In this document: positions 17,546 through 27,400 of the stretch, one piece after another
Position numbering within the stretch: position 1 is the first letter of the stretch
Layout: every line of letters begins with the position of its first letter
Assembly: GCA_035495555.1 (NCBI GenBank)
Contig: DATJFQ010000098.1
Span: forward strand, 12,325-76,324
Direction of reading: 5' to 3'
From: Vicinamibacterales bacterium
GTDB lineage: Bacteria; Acidobacteriota; Vicinamibacteria; Vicinamibacterales; 2-12-FULL-66-21
DNA: 64,000 nt
Program-made: the position numbers and the translations under genes
The notes under the pieces: generated by a model
Seen by the model: only the letters and a program-made list of their open reading frames with translations
The model's database searches: none
Told to the model about the DNA's origin: nothing

Positions 17546-18384
17546 CGACCCACCGTCAGCAGGGCGCGGCGGCGCAAGATGGTCCATCCCGCGATCGCGC
17601 TGGCCGCCAGGCCCACCGGGACCGCAAGCGCCACACACCGAAGCGCAATCGCGGGCGTAACCCGGACGAAGACGAGCGCGGTGTCATACCGCCATTGAAA
17701 AAACCGGTTGAAGACGGGTTCCGCCGCCCGCGCGAACAGAACCCCGAACGCCGCACCCGCGACCGCAATCAGCGCGCCTTCGACGAGCACCTGCGCGATG
17801 AGCCGCTGCTTCGTCAGGCCAATCAATCGCAGCGTCGCGACCGTCTCGCGCCGCTCGTCGACGAGCATCACCATCAGCGCGAGGAGGAATGCGCCGCTGC
17901 CGAAGACCGTGACCATCGCAATCGCGAGGTGAAATCGATCGAGGACGGCGAACGTGGACGTCCGCTCGTCGGGCGCGGCCGTCGACTTCGCGGTCAATCC
18001 GGGCAGACGGCGCTCTACATCGGATGCAAACCCCGCGGCGTCCTCGCGGTCGCGCAGTTCGACGTTGATGCTCGTGAGCGAAGACGACGGGAGGCGGTCC
18101 TCGAGCGCGGCCGCGTCCGGCAGATGCACGCGCACTTCGAGCCGCTCCTGGGCAAACCGCATGGGATCCGGTGTCGGCTCGTAAACGCCGACGATGCGGA
18201 ACGGGCGCGCAGCCGTGCCGGCAGCATCGGACGACAGCTCCACGGTTTGACCGACGGCGAGGTGCTCACGCTCCAGCAGTTGACGCGAGACGAGCACATC
18301 CGCAGGCGCCGGAGCCGCCGCGAGGGCGGTCCACGTCAGCAGCACGACGGCGAGGAAGGAGGCGGTCCGACGCATCCTTCTCAT
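17542..18384 (-). CDS. ABC transporter permease, short FtsX family
   Basis: N-terminal hydrophobic helix, a short periplasmic domain (VLVSRQLLEREHLAVGQTVEL) and an FtsX 3-TM module (..LRLIGLTKQRLI..). Start is uncertain: ATG 18384, ATG 18375 or GTG 18402. Confidence 0.8.
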   Translation of the reverse strand: MRRMRRTASFLAVVLLTWTALAAAPAPADVLVSRQLLEREHLAVGQTVELSSDAAGTAARPFRIVGVYEPTPDPMRFAQERLEVRVHLPDAAALEDRLPSSSLTSINVELRDREDAAGFASDVERRLPGLTAKSTAAPDERTSTFAVLDRFHLAIAMVTVFGSGAFLLALMVMLVDERRETVATLRLIGLTKQRLIAQVLVEGALIAVAGAAFGVLFARAAEPVFNRFFQWRYDTALVFVRVTPAIALRCVALAVPVGLAASAIAGWTILRRRALLTVGR

Positions 18385-18445
18385 CGTATCTGGAGCGCGC
18401 ACTCCAGTTGCGCGATCGGCTGTCGATCACCACAATACGGACACC

Positions 18446-19630
18446 ATGAAGCTGCTGCTGTTCGGGGTCGTGCTCGTCGCGATCGCCCAATCGACGCCAT
18501 CGCCGCGGCCGCGCGCGAGAGATCTCGGCATCGCGCCCGGAACGTTTCCTCCGGGGCCGCTCAACGCGATCACCGACGTCAGCGGCGTCACCGTGGGCCA
18601 GACGACCGTCACCGAAGGCGACACCGTCCGCACCGGCGTCACCGCGATCGTGCCCCACGGCGGCAATCTCTTTCAGGAGAAGGTGCCCGGCGCCGTCTTC
18701 GTGGGGAACGCCTTCGGCAAGCTGGCGGGCTCGACGCAGGTGAACGAGCTCGGCACGATCGAAACCCCCGTCGTCCTCACCAACACGCTGTCGGTCGGCA
18801 CGGCGGTCGACGCGGTCGTCCGCTGGACGCTGGCGCAGCCGGGGAACGAACACGTGCGCTCGGTCAACGCCCTCGTCGGCGAAACGAACGACGGCACGCT
18901 CAACGACATCCGCGGTCTTCACGTCACCGGCGACCACGTGCGGGCCGCGATCACCGGTGCGAAGAGCGGCCCCGTGGACGAAGGCGCCGTCGGGGCGGGC
19001 ACCGGCACGGTGGCGTTCGGCTGGAAGGGCGGCATCGGCACGTCGTCGCGCCTCGTGCGCGTCGGTTCCGACACGTGGACCGTCGGTGTGCTCGTGCAGA
19101 GCAATTACGGCGGACGCCTGGTCATCAACGGTGTTCCCATCTGGCGCGAGTTGAACCCGAACCAGAACGAGAACCCGAACCCGAACGAGAACCCGAACCC
19201 CGAACCGCGAACCCGAAACAGAACCTCCGCACCGCCGAACCCCCGCACCCCCGAACCGCGCGTGTCACCCGACGGTTCCTGCATGATTGTGGTGGCGACC
19301 GACGCGCCGCTGGACGCACGGAACCTGCAGCGGCTCGCCGCGCGTGCCGTGTTCGCGCTGGCGCGCACCGGATCGACCTATTCCAACGGCAGCGGCGACT
19401 TCGCCATCGCGTTCTCGACCGCGCCGTCGCTCCGCGTAACGAGCGCGCGCGGTCCGCAGACGCGGACCGTCCTGCCGACCGACGACGTGTCGCCGTTGTT
19501 CGAGGGCGTCATGGATGCGACCGAAGAAGCCGTGGACAACTCCCTTCTGCAAGCGACCGACGTCACCGCAAACGGGCGGACCGTTCGGGCGATCCCGATT
19601 GACCGGCTGAAAGCGCTGCTGCAGCGATGA
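18446..19630 (+). CDS. DmpA/BapA-like P1 (S58) family aminopeptidase, self-processing Ntn type
   Basis: Signal peptide, NAITDV.GV.VG, and the predicted autoprocessing site DG|SCMIVVATDAPL. Confidence 0.85.
   Translation: MKLLLFGVVLVAIAQSTPSPRPRARDLGIAPGTFPPGPLNAITDVSGVTVGQTTVTEGDTVRTGVTAIVPHGGNLFQEKVPGAVFVGNAFGKLAGSTQVNELGTIETPVVLTNTLSVGTAVDAVVRWTLAQPGNEHVRSVNALVGETNDGTLNDIRGLHVTGDHVRAAITGAKSGPVDEGAVGAGTGTVAFGWKGGIGTSSRLVRVGSDTWTVGVLVQSNYGGRLVINGVPIWRELNPNQNENPNPNENPNPEPRTRNRTSAPPNPRTPEPRVSPDGSCMIVVATDAPLDARNLQRLAARAVFALARTGSTYSNGSGDFAIAFSTAPSLRVTSARGPQTRTVLPTDDVSPLFEGVMDATEEAVDNSLLQATDVTANGRTVRAIPIDRLKALLQR
19153..19260. repeat. in-frame 6/7-nt tandem repeat tract (GAACCC/GAACGA/GAACCA ...) inside the DmpA-like CDS
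   Basis: Eight clean hexamers degenerate into heptamer-like CGAACCG/CCGCACC units. The tract encodes NPNQNENPNPNENPNPEPRTRNRTSAPPNPRTPEPR. Confidence 0.85.
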
Positions 19631-19654
19631 CGCCGCCGCAGCAATTCGTGCAGC

Positions 19655-19660
19655 TATAAT
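19655..19660 (+). promoter_or_regulatory. candidate -10 box TATAAT upstream of VPS10 paralog 1
   Basis: Perfect TATAAT in a GC-rich context, 64 nt before the ATG at 19724. No convincing -35. Confidence 0.3.
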
Positions 19661-19663
19661 CCC

Positions 19664-19705
19664 CGTCGTCCATCGTCCATCGTCCATCGTCCATCGTCCA
19701 TCGTT
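19664..19705. repeat. single-orientation tandem heptamer array CGTCGTC(CATCGTC)4CATCGTT
   Basis: Six contiguous 7-nt units immediately upstream of the GGAGG-ATG of the VPS10 gene. Confidence 0.9.
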
Positions 19706-19723
19706 CTCTGGAGGCCCGTGTCC

Positions 19724-22700
19724 ATGAGGCACTACCGTGTCTTCGCACTTGGTGTGGCGGCAGCGCTGGCGTTCGGCGCGCAATCGCTCGCCGGCCGCGC
19801 GGCGCAGCCGTCTGCCGCCGCGGCAGCATCCGAAACGCCGTTCGACCATCTGCACTTCCGCTCGATCGGGCCCGCCGGCATGTCGGGCCGGATTGCCGAC
19901 ATCGCTGTCTACGAGGCGAATCCCAATATTTTCTATGTCGGCGCGGCACACGGCGGCGTCTGGAAAACGATCAACGGCGGTACCACGTTCGATGATCAGT
20001 TGCAGCACCAGGGCCTGATGTCGATTGGCGACATCGCCGTCGCGCAGAACAATCCTGATGTGGTCTGGGTCGGCACCGGTGAGTCGAACAATCGCCAGAG
20101 CACGTCCTGGGGCGACGGCGTGTTCAAGTCGATCGACGGCGGGAAGACGTACACGAACGTCGGGCTCGAGACCTCGCGCCATATCAATCGCATCGTCATC
20201 GATCCGCGCAACACCGACGTGGTCTTCGTCGCCGCGACGGGGCCCCTCTTCGGTCCCGGCGGCGAACGCGGCGTCTACAAGACGACCGACGGCGGCAGGA
20301 CCTGGAAGCAGGTGCTGAAAGGCGACGACGACACCGGCGCCAACGATCTCGTCATCGACCCTTCGAACAGCCGGATCCTCTACGCATCCATGTATCAGCG
20401 ACGCCGCACGGCCTGCTGCATGAACGGCGGCGGCCCCGGCAGCGGCATCTGGAAATCCACCGACGCTGGCGAAACCTGGACGCGGCTGACCAAAGGGCTT
20501 CCTGAAGGATCGCTCGGGCGTATCGGCCTCGACGTGTATCGGCGCCGACCGAACATCCTGTATGCGCTGGTCGAGGGGCCTGTCCCTCCAGCCGGTGAAG
20601 GGCGTGGGGGCGGCGGCGGGGGCCGGGGCACGGCCACCGGCGTCGATCAGAACGCCACCGGACTGTATCGCTCGGACGACAGCGGCGCGTCGTGGCGCAA
20701 GGTAAACAACGAGAACGCCCGGCCGATGTACTTCAGCCAGGTCCGCGTCGATCCGAACGATCCGGAGGTCGTGTTCATGGGCGGCGTCAAGCTGCACCTG
20801 ACGACCGATGGCGGCAAGACCATCTCGACCAATGTCACGCCGACGGCGCATGACGACGTGCACGCGATCTGGATCGATCCGTCGAATTCGCAGCACGTGA
20901 TGATTGGCGACGACGGCGGGCTGGCCGCCACGCACGATCAGGCCAAGACGTGGGAGTTTTTCCCGAACCTGCCGGTCGGGCTCTTCTATCACGTGAGCGT
21001 CGACATGGCGAACCCGTACAACGTCTGCGGCGGCATGCAGGACAACTACGACTGGTGCGGCCCGAGCAGCACGCGCAGTTCCGCCGGCATCGGCAACTAC
21101 GAGTGGAAAACGCTCCAGGGCGGCGACGGCTTCGTCGTGCTGCAGGATCCGCGCGACCAGCGCGTGATCTACAGCGAGACGCAGGACGGCAACATCGTTC
21201 GAGTCGATCGCGTGACGAACGAAACGCAGTCGATCCGTCCCGTTGCACCGTCGGGTGAGCCGGCGTACCGGTGGCACTGGGACACGCCGATGATCCTCTC
21301 GCCGCATGACCCGGCGATGGTCTATGTCGCCGCACAGAAAGTCTTCCGCTCGACCGACCGCGGCCTGTCGTTCACGCCGATCAGCGGCGATCTCACCAGC
21401 AACGCGAACCGCGAAGACATCGTCACCATGGGCCTCAAGGGCAGCGACATCCGCATCGCGAAAGACGACGGGATCGTCGCGTGGCCGACGATCGTGGCGC
21501 TGTCGGAATCGCCCAGGCGTGCGGGGGTCATTTACGCCGGCACGGACGACGGGAACCTGCAGGTTACGAAGGACGCGGGCAAGACGTGGACGAACGTGTA
21601 CGACAAGCTGCCGAACGCGCCCAAAGGCGCCTTCGTGTCGCGCATCGCGGCGTCACGTTATGACGACGGGGCCGCCTACGTCACCGTGGACGACCACCGC
21701 CAGAACAACTACGGCACGTATGTTTATGCGACCGGTGATTACGGACAGACGTGGAAATCGCTGAAGGCGAACCTGCCATCGTTTGGCGAGGTCGTCGTCA
21801 AGGCGATCACCGAGGATCAGAAGAACCCCGACGTGCTGTATCTCGGGACGGAAACCGGGCTGTTCATCTCGGTCGATCGGGGCGCGTCGTGGATCCGTCC
21901 ACGCACCAATCTCCCCGACGTGCGGGTGGATGAGATCACGCTGCACCCGCGCGACAACGCGATGATCCTCGCCACACACGGCCGCGCGCTCTGGATCCTG
22001 GATCACCTCGAGCCGATTCAGGAGTACGCGGCGGCGGCGAAGACCGACGCGAAACTCTTCACGCCCGCGGCGTCGATGTATCGCCGGCCCGCGCGCGACC
22101 GCAACTATGAGTTCTGGGGCGACCAGACGTTCTTCGGCGAGAACCCACCGGAGGCCGCGATGATCTCGTGGTACCAGAAGCAGAACGTGAACGACGTCGC
22201 GCTGAAGATCACGGACGCCGGCGGCCGCACGGTGCGTGAGATCTCCGGACCGGTGCTCGCAAAGAGCAAGTCCGCGGGGATTCAGACCGCGTGCTGGGAC
22301 CTTCGCGTCGAGCCCATTCCGGCGCCCCCGGCGGCCGGTCGGGGCGGACGCGGCACAGCAGCGTCTGGACGCAGCGATCAGCCCGAGGCGCGAGGCGGCG
22401 GTGCCGCGCAGACTCCGCAGAACGGGAATAACGACAACGAAGACAGCGGGTTCGGCGCCGGATGCGGCAGTGGTGGCGGTGGCTTCGGCGGATTTGGCGG
22501 TGGCGGCGGCGCAAGCCCCGGGCCGTTCGTGCTCGCGGGAACCTACAACGTCGCGCTCGTCGTCGATGGAAAGACCGTCGACACGAAGCCGCTGCGCGTG
22601 ACCAGCGATCCCCAGGTCGTGCTGACGGAGGCACAGCGCAAGCAGTTGTTCGATGAGGCGATGGAACTGCACCAGTTGCAGAAGGGGGCGACAGACGCGG

Positions 22701-23113
22701 CGTCCCGCGTGACCTCTTTGAACCGGCAGACGAACGAGATCGCGCAGTCGCTGGAGTCGAAGAGTGATGTGCCGGCGGAAGTGAAGACGTCGTTCGAGGC
22801 GTTCAGGAAAGAGGTCAACGGCATGGCGCCGAAGTACGCCGCGGGCGGCGGCCGCGGCGGGTTCGGCCGCGGCAATGCCGAGCCGACCGTCCTCGGGAAG
22901 CTCACGCAGGCGAAGAACGGCCTGATGGGCGGCATGTGGCCGACCGAGCAGACGCTGAAGTCGTACCGCGAGGCAAAAGCGGAGACACCGAAAGCCGTCG
23001 CGGACGCGAACGCCCTGTTCGCGAAAGCGAAGATGCTGGGCGCGGATCTCGCGAAGTACAACGTGACCCTGACCGCGCCGGAGCCGGTCAGCGCGCCTGA
23101 CGCGAAGAAATAA
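19724..23113 (+). CDS. secreted VPS10/sortilin-type BNR (Asp-box) repeat protein, paralog 1
   Basis: GGAGG lies 9 nt before the ATG at 19724. Signal peptide present. Repeated S.D.G.TW Asp-box motifs (KSIDGGKTY, KTTDGGRTW, KSTDAGETW, VTKDAGKTW, ...). Confidence 0.85.
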   Translation: MRHYRVFALGVAAALAFGAQSLAGRAAQPSAAAAASETPFDHLHFRSIGPAGMSGRIADIAVYEANPNIFYVGAAHGGVWKTINGGTTFDDQLQHQGLMSIGDIAVAQNNPDVVWVGTGESNNRQSTSWGDGVFKSIDGGKTYTNVGLETSRHINRIVIDPRNTDVVFVAATGPLFGPGGERGVYKTTDGGRTWKQVLKGDDDTGANDLVIDPSNSRILYASMYQRRRTACCMNGGGPGSGIWKSTDAGETWTRLTKGLPEGSLGRIGLDVYRRRPNILYALVEGPVPPAGEGRGGGGGGRGTATGVDQNATGLYRSDDSGASWRKVNNENARPMYFSQVRVDPNDPEVVFMGGVKLHLTTDGGKTISTNVTPTAHDDVHAIWIDPSNSQHVMIGDDGGLAATHDQAKTWEFFPNLPVGLFYHVSVDMANPYNVCGGMQDNYDWCGPSSTRSSAGIGNYEWKTLQGGDGFVVLQDPRDQRVIYSETQDGNIVRVDRVTNETQSIRPVAPSGEPAYRWHWDTPMILSPHDPAMVYVAAQKVFRSTDRGLSFTPISGDLTSNANREDIVTMGLKGSDIRIAKDDGIVAWPTIVALSESPRRAGVIYAGTDDGNLQVTKDAGKTWTNVYDKLPNAPKGAFVSRIAASRYDDGAAYVTVDDHRQNNYGTYVYATGDYGQTWKSLKANLPSFGEVVVKAITEDQKNPDVLYLGTETGLFISVDRGASWIRPRTNLPDVRVDEITLHPRDNAMILATHGRALWILDHLEPIQEYAAAAKTDAKLFTPAASMYRRPARDRNYEFWGDQTFFGENPPEAAMISWYQKQNVNDVALKITDAGGRTVREISGPVLAKSKSAGIQTACWDLRVEPIPAPPAAGRGGRGTAASGRSDQPEARGGGAAQTPQNGNNDNEDSGFGAGCGSGGGGFGGFGGGGGASPGPFVLAGTYNVALVVDGKTVDTKPLRVTSDPQVVLTEAQRKQLFDEAMELHQLQKGATDAASRVTSLNRQTNEIAQSLESKSDVPAEVKTSFEAFRKEVNGMAPKYAAGGGRGGFGRGNAEPTVLGKLTQAKNGLMGGMWPTEQTLKSYREAKAETPKAVADANALFAKAKMLGADLAKYNVTLTAPEPVSAPDAKK

Positions 23114-23132
23114 CGCGCGCGGAGCGCGCGCG
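23114..23132 (+). terminator. GC hairpin CGCGCGCG-GAG-CGCGCGCG after the VPS10 gene (no U tract)
   Basis: Perfect 8-bp stem read directly after the stop. Function is inferred only. Confidence 0.3.
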
Positions 23133-23168
23133 TGAGCCGGGTTGGGGCCGTTTCGCGCCTTCCCTGGT

Positions 23169-23804
23169 GTGAAGGCACTCGCGACGATTTCCGCGCTTCT
23201 GCTCGCCGCCTCGGCGGCGTCGGCCCAACCGGCGATTCAACCTGCGCTTCCCCGCGCCGACGTGCAGGCGGCCGTCGGCTGGCAGAACCTCCGCAGCGAC
23301 CCGGCTGGCACCAGCAACAACTGGGTCAACTCCATCGCCTTCGCCGACGCGGCGGCGGGGTGGTACTGGACCGAGCACCTGCGGACCCAGGTCGACGTGG
23401 GCATCGGCTCGACGGGCAAGACCTACCGGACGGTTGAGATCTCGTCCGGATCCCGGCCTGTGTATCGATTCGTGCGGACCGACGTGCGGCCCGCGACCTT
23501 TGCCATCAGCCAGCAATACCAGTTTTTCCACAACGCCATCTTTCATCCGCACGTCGGCGGGGGCGTACTCGTGCGCTCAGAACGGCTGCATGACGACTAC
23601 GTGGACTACGACTTCGTCACACCCGGAACGCCTGACCCGGGGCACACCGAAGATCGAACCCGGACGCGAGTGGCCGCGCTCGCCGACGTGGGGTTCAAGG
23701 CCTACATGTCGGAGCGCGCGTTCTTTTCGAGCGACGCACGGTTCACGATCCGCAAGAGCGTCGACGGGGTCCTGTTCCGCTTCGGCTTTGGCATCGATTT
23801 CTAG
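23169..23804 (+). CDS. outer-membrane beta-barrel-like protein
   Basis: GTG at 23169 gives VKALATISALLLAASAASAQP. The sequence shows alternating amphipathic beta-strand patterning and ends in ..FRFGFGIDF (terminal Phe). Confidence 0.6.
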   Translation: MKALATISALLLAASAASAQPAIQPALPRADVQAAVGWQNLRSDPAGTSNNWVNSIAFADAAAGWYWTEHLRTQVDVGIGSTGKTYRTVEISSGSRPVYRFVRTDVRPATFAISQQYQFFHNAIFHPHVGGGVLVRSERLHDDYVDYDFVTPGTPDPGHTEDRTRTRVAALADVGFKAYMSERAFFSSDARFTIRKSVDGVLFRFGFGIDF

Positions 23805-23813
23805 AGGACAGCC

Positions 23814-24221
23814 ATGATCAAAAAATCCATCGCGCTCCTGCTCGTCGTGGCTGTCGTTTCATCCGGTTGTGCGTCGGCCGAGGGCGCGCGCGTTGTGCCG
23901 ACCCACGTCGCGCCCCAGGAGGTGCACAAGGAAATGGTCGATTACGTGCTCGCGCTGCCGGTCGGGTCGCGCGTCCGGGTCGAACGCACGGCCGGCCGCA
24001 CAATTCACGGCACCTTGATGGCGGCGGACACACGCGCAGTGATCGTCCAGCGCGCGACTCGCATCCCCGAAGCGCCCGTCACCGTTCCGCTGGGCGACAT
24101 CACGCGCATTCAGATCGAAGAACGATCGAACCTCGCCAAGGCGATCATTATCGGGGCGGCAGCCGGAGCGGGCGCCACCTTCGCCGTCCTGCTGCTCATC
24201 GCTGCGGCGCTCGAGGACTGA
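23814..24221 (+). CDS. small lipoprotein with C-terminal hydrophobic helix, hypothetical
   Basis: Lipobox VVSSGC after MIKKSIALLLVVA. C-terminal AIIIGAAAGAGATFAVLLLIAAAL. Confidence 0.6.
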   Translation: MIKKSIALLLVVAVVSSGCASAEGARVVPTHVAPQEVHKEMVDYVLALPVGSRVRVERTAGRTIHGTLMAADTRAVIVQRATRIPEAPVTVPLGDITRIQIEERSNLAKAIIIGAAAGAGATFAVLLLIAAALED

Positions 24222-24234
24222 GGCGCTCGCACGG

Positions 24235-24252
24235 GCAGGCCTGAAGGCCTGC
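24235..24252 (+). terminator. GC hairpin GCAGGCC-TGAA-GGCCTGC after the lipoprotein gene (no U tract)
   Basis: 7-bp stem with a tetraloop, 14 nt after the stop. Confidence 0.3.
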
Positions 24253-24292
24253 GCTACGGCGGCCGCGCACTACGCGCCGCATGGGTAGCCCC

Positions 24293-24373
24293 CGCAACGC
24301 ATGCCGCAGTCCGCACGCCGCACCCCGCAGCCCGCACGCCGCAGGCCCGCACGCCCCACACCGCACGCCCACG
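24293..24373. repeat. single-orientation GC-rich heptamer array (CCGCACG/CCGCAGN units)
   Basis: The CGCA core recurs at 24305, 12, 19, 26, 33, 40, 48 and 62 (period 7). Located in the leader of VPS10 paralog 2. Confidence 0.8.
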
Positions 24374-24411
24374 TTCGCGGTAAACTCCCCCTGCTCCAAG
24401 GAGGACGGTTC

Positions 24412-27400
24412 ATGCGACGTGCGCTCATCCCGGTTGCCGCAATCGCGGCGGCAGCCGGTCTCACCCTGCCACTCGGCGCCAGCCAGGCGACCCCAGCCAC
24501 ACAGACATCCACCTCGCCGCTCGATCAAGCGGTCGCGGCGGCCTATCACTGGCGCAGCATCGGGCCGCTGCGCGCGGGCCGATCGATTGCGGTCAGCGGC
24601 GTGAAAGGCCGCCCGAAGGAAGCGTATTCGGGGCAGACCGGCGGCGGCTTGTGGAAGACGGTGGACGGCGGCGACACTTGGACGCCCGTGACGGACGGCC
24701 AGGTCCACAGCAGCTCGGTCGGCGCGGTCGCGGTCTCCGAGTCGAACCCCGACGTCGTCTACATCGGGATGGGCGAATCGTGCATTCGCGGCAACATCCA
24801 GCCGGGCGACGGCGTCTACAAATCGGCCGACGCGGGCAAGACGTGGACGCACATCGGGTTCGACCAGTCCGACGCGATATCGCGGATCCGCGTGCACCCC
24901 ACGAATCCCGACATCGTGTTCGTCGCAGACTTCGGCAAGTACAGCGTGCCGAGCGATGAGCGCGGCGTCTACAAGAGCACCGACGGGGGGAAGACCTGGA
25001 AACGGGTGCTGTTCCGCAACGACAAGACGGGCGCCGTCGACATCGCGATCGATCGCAGGAACCCGAGCGTGATGTTCGCGGCGCTGTGGGAGGCGTATCG
25101 CGTCGAGTATCAGATGTCGAGCGGCGGTTCCGGCAGCGGGCTCTTCAAGTCGACCGACGGCGGCGACACCTGGACGGAAATCACGCGTGCCCAGGGCCTT
25201 CCCGCCGGCGTCGACGGGAAGATCGGCGTCGCCATCTCGGGCGCGGACTCGAACCGGATCTACGCGCTCATCGAAAACGAGCACGGCGGGCTGTTTTCCT
25301 CGGATGACGCGGGCGCAACCTGGAAGCTCGCGAACGACGGCCGCAACATCCGCCAGCGCGCGTTCTACTACACGCACGTGATCGCGGACCCCGTGAACAA
25401 AGACGAAGTCTACGTCGGCAACGTCGGTATGTTCTGGTCGAAGGACGGCGGAAAGACGATGGTGAACTTCGCCGGCGGCGACTCACACGATTTGTGGGTC
25501 GACCCGGACGACACCAACCACATCGTCCATGCGAACGACAGCGGCGGCGCCGTGTCGTTCAACGCGCAGGCGGCCCAGCGCACGTGGTCGTCGCGCGACT
25601 ACCCGACCGGGCAGTTCTACCACGTGATCTCGACGAAGCACGTGCCGTACGACGTGTGCGGCGCCCAGCAGGACAGCAGCACGATCTGCGTGGCCAGCAA
25701 TACCAATCTCGGCGCCGGCGGCCGCGGGTTCGGACGCGGCAACGTCCACGAGCCCTATACCGCCGGCGGCGCAGAACCCGGATACATCGCGCCGGATCCG
25801 CTCGATCCCGACATCATCTATGCGGGCGGCAACAACGGCTCCTTCCTCACCCGCCTCGATCGGCGGACCAACAACGAGCGGGAGGTGAACCCGTATCCGC
25901 GCGAGTTCTCCGGCGAAGCGTCGAAGGACGTCGTCGAGCGCTGGCAATGGACGTATCCGATCATCTTCTCGCAGGCGGATCCGCACGTGCTCTTCGCGTC
26001 GTCGCAGCACGTGTGGCGGACGCGCGATGGCGGCGTCACATGGGAGCGGATCAGCGGCGATCTCACGCGGCACGATCCGAAAACGATGCAGGATTCGGGG
26101 GGACCGATCACGCACGACATGAACAGCCCTGAGATTTACGCGACGGTGTTCGCGCTCGGCCCGGGAAAGAAGAACGTCGACGTGCTCTGGGCAGGTTCGG
26201 ACGACGGGTTGATCAACGTCACGCGCGACGGCGGGAAGACCTGGACCAACGTGACGCCCAAAGAGATGCCCGACCTCGGCCGTGTGAGCATCATCGATGC
26301 GTCCGCCTTCGATGACGGGACGGCGTATGTCGCGGTAAAGAAGCCGTTGCTGAACGACTTCGCGCCATACATCTTCCGCACGCACGACTTCGGCGCCACG
26401 TGGACGAAGATCGTCAACGGGATCGGCGCCGGCGACTACGTCCATGCCGTCCGTGAGGACCCGGCCCGGAAGGGACTGCTCTACGCCGGCACGCAGCACG
26501 GGTTCTACATCTCCTACGACGACGGCGATCACTGGTCGATGTTCAACCCCGGGCTGCCGAACGCGCAGGTGTCGGACATCTGGGTCGAGGCGAACTCCAT
26601 CGCGGTCTCCACGCACGGACGCGGGTTCTACGTGCTCGACGACATCGCGCCGCTGCGTCAGGCAGGGACCGCGACCGCGTCGAATGGTTTTACGCTCTAC
26701 AAGCCGGCTGACGTCATCCGCACGGGCGGCCCTGCGACCATCAGTTATCTGCTGACCAAACCGGCGGAAACACTGACGGTGGAGATCCTCGACGGCAAGG
26801 GTGACGTCGTCCAGACCATCCCCGGCCGGAAGCCGGAGGAGGGGCGCGGTGGACGAGGACGCGGCGAGGGCGACCCGGCCGCGCAAGGCGGCGGGCGCGG
26901 CCGCGGCGGGAATCCGACGGCGCCCATGAACACCGGCTTCAATCGCGTAATGTGGAATCTCGATTACCCGAGCGCCGTTACCTTCCCGAACATGATCCTG
27001 TGGGGCGCCACGACGAACGGCCCGATGGCGCTGCCGGGGACGTATCAGGTGAAGCTCACCGTGGACGGCGTGTCGCAGACGCAGCCGATCACGATCGTGA
27101 AGCACCCGCTGCGCGATACATCGGACGCCGCACTGCAGGAGCAGTTCGACCTCGCGATGCAGATCCGCGACAAGGTCAGCGAAGCGAACCAGGCGGTGAT
27201 CGAGATCCGCCGGATCAAGGACGCCGTGGCGGACCGCCTGAAGAAATCCGACAAGCGCGAGCTGAAACTGGTGGGCGACCGTCTCGTGGCGGCGTTGTCA
27301 GCCGTCGAGCAGGACGTCTATCAGGTGAAGAACCAGAGCGGCCAGGATCCCCTCAACTTCCCGATCAAGACGAACAACCGTCTCGCGTCGCTGCTCGGCA

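Noticed and set aside
19265-21307. 680-aa minus-strand ORF
   Set aside because: It is antisense to the VPS10/BNR gene, has an Arg/Ala-rich composition and matches no recognisable family.
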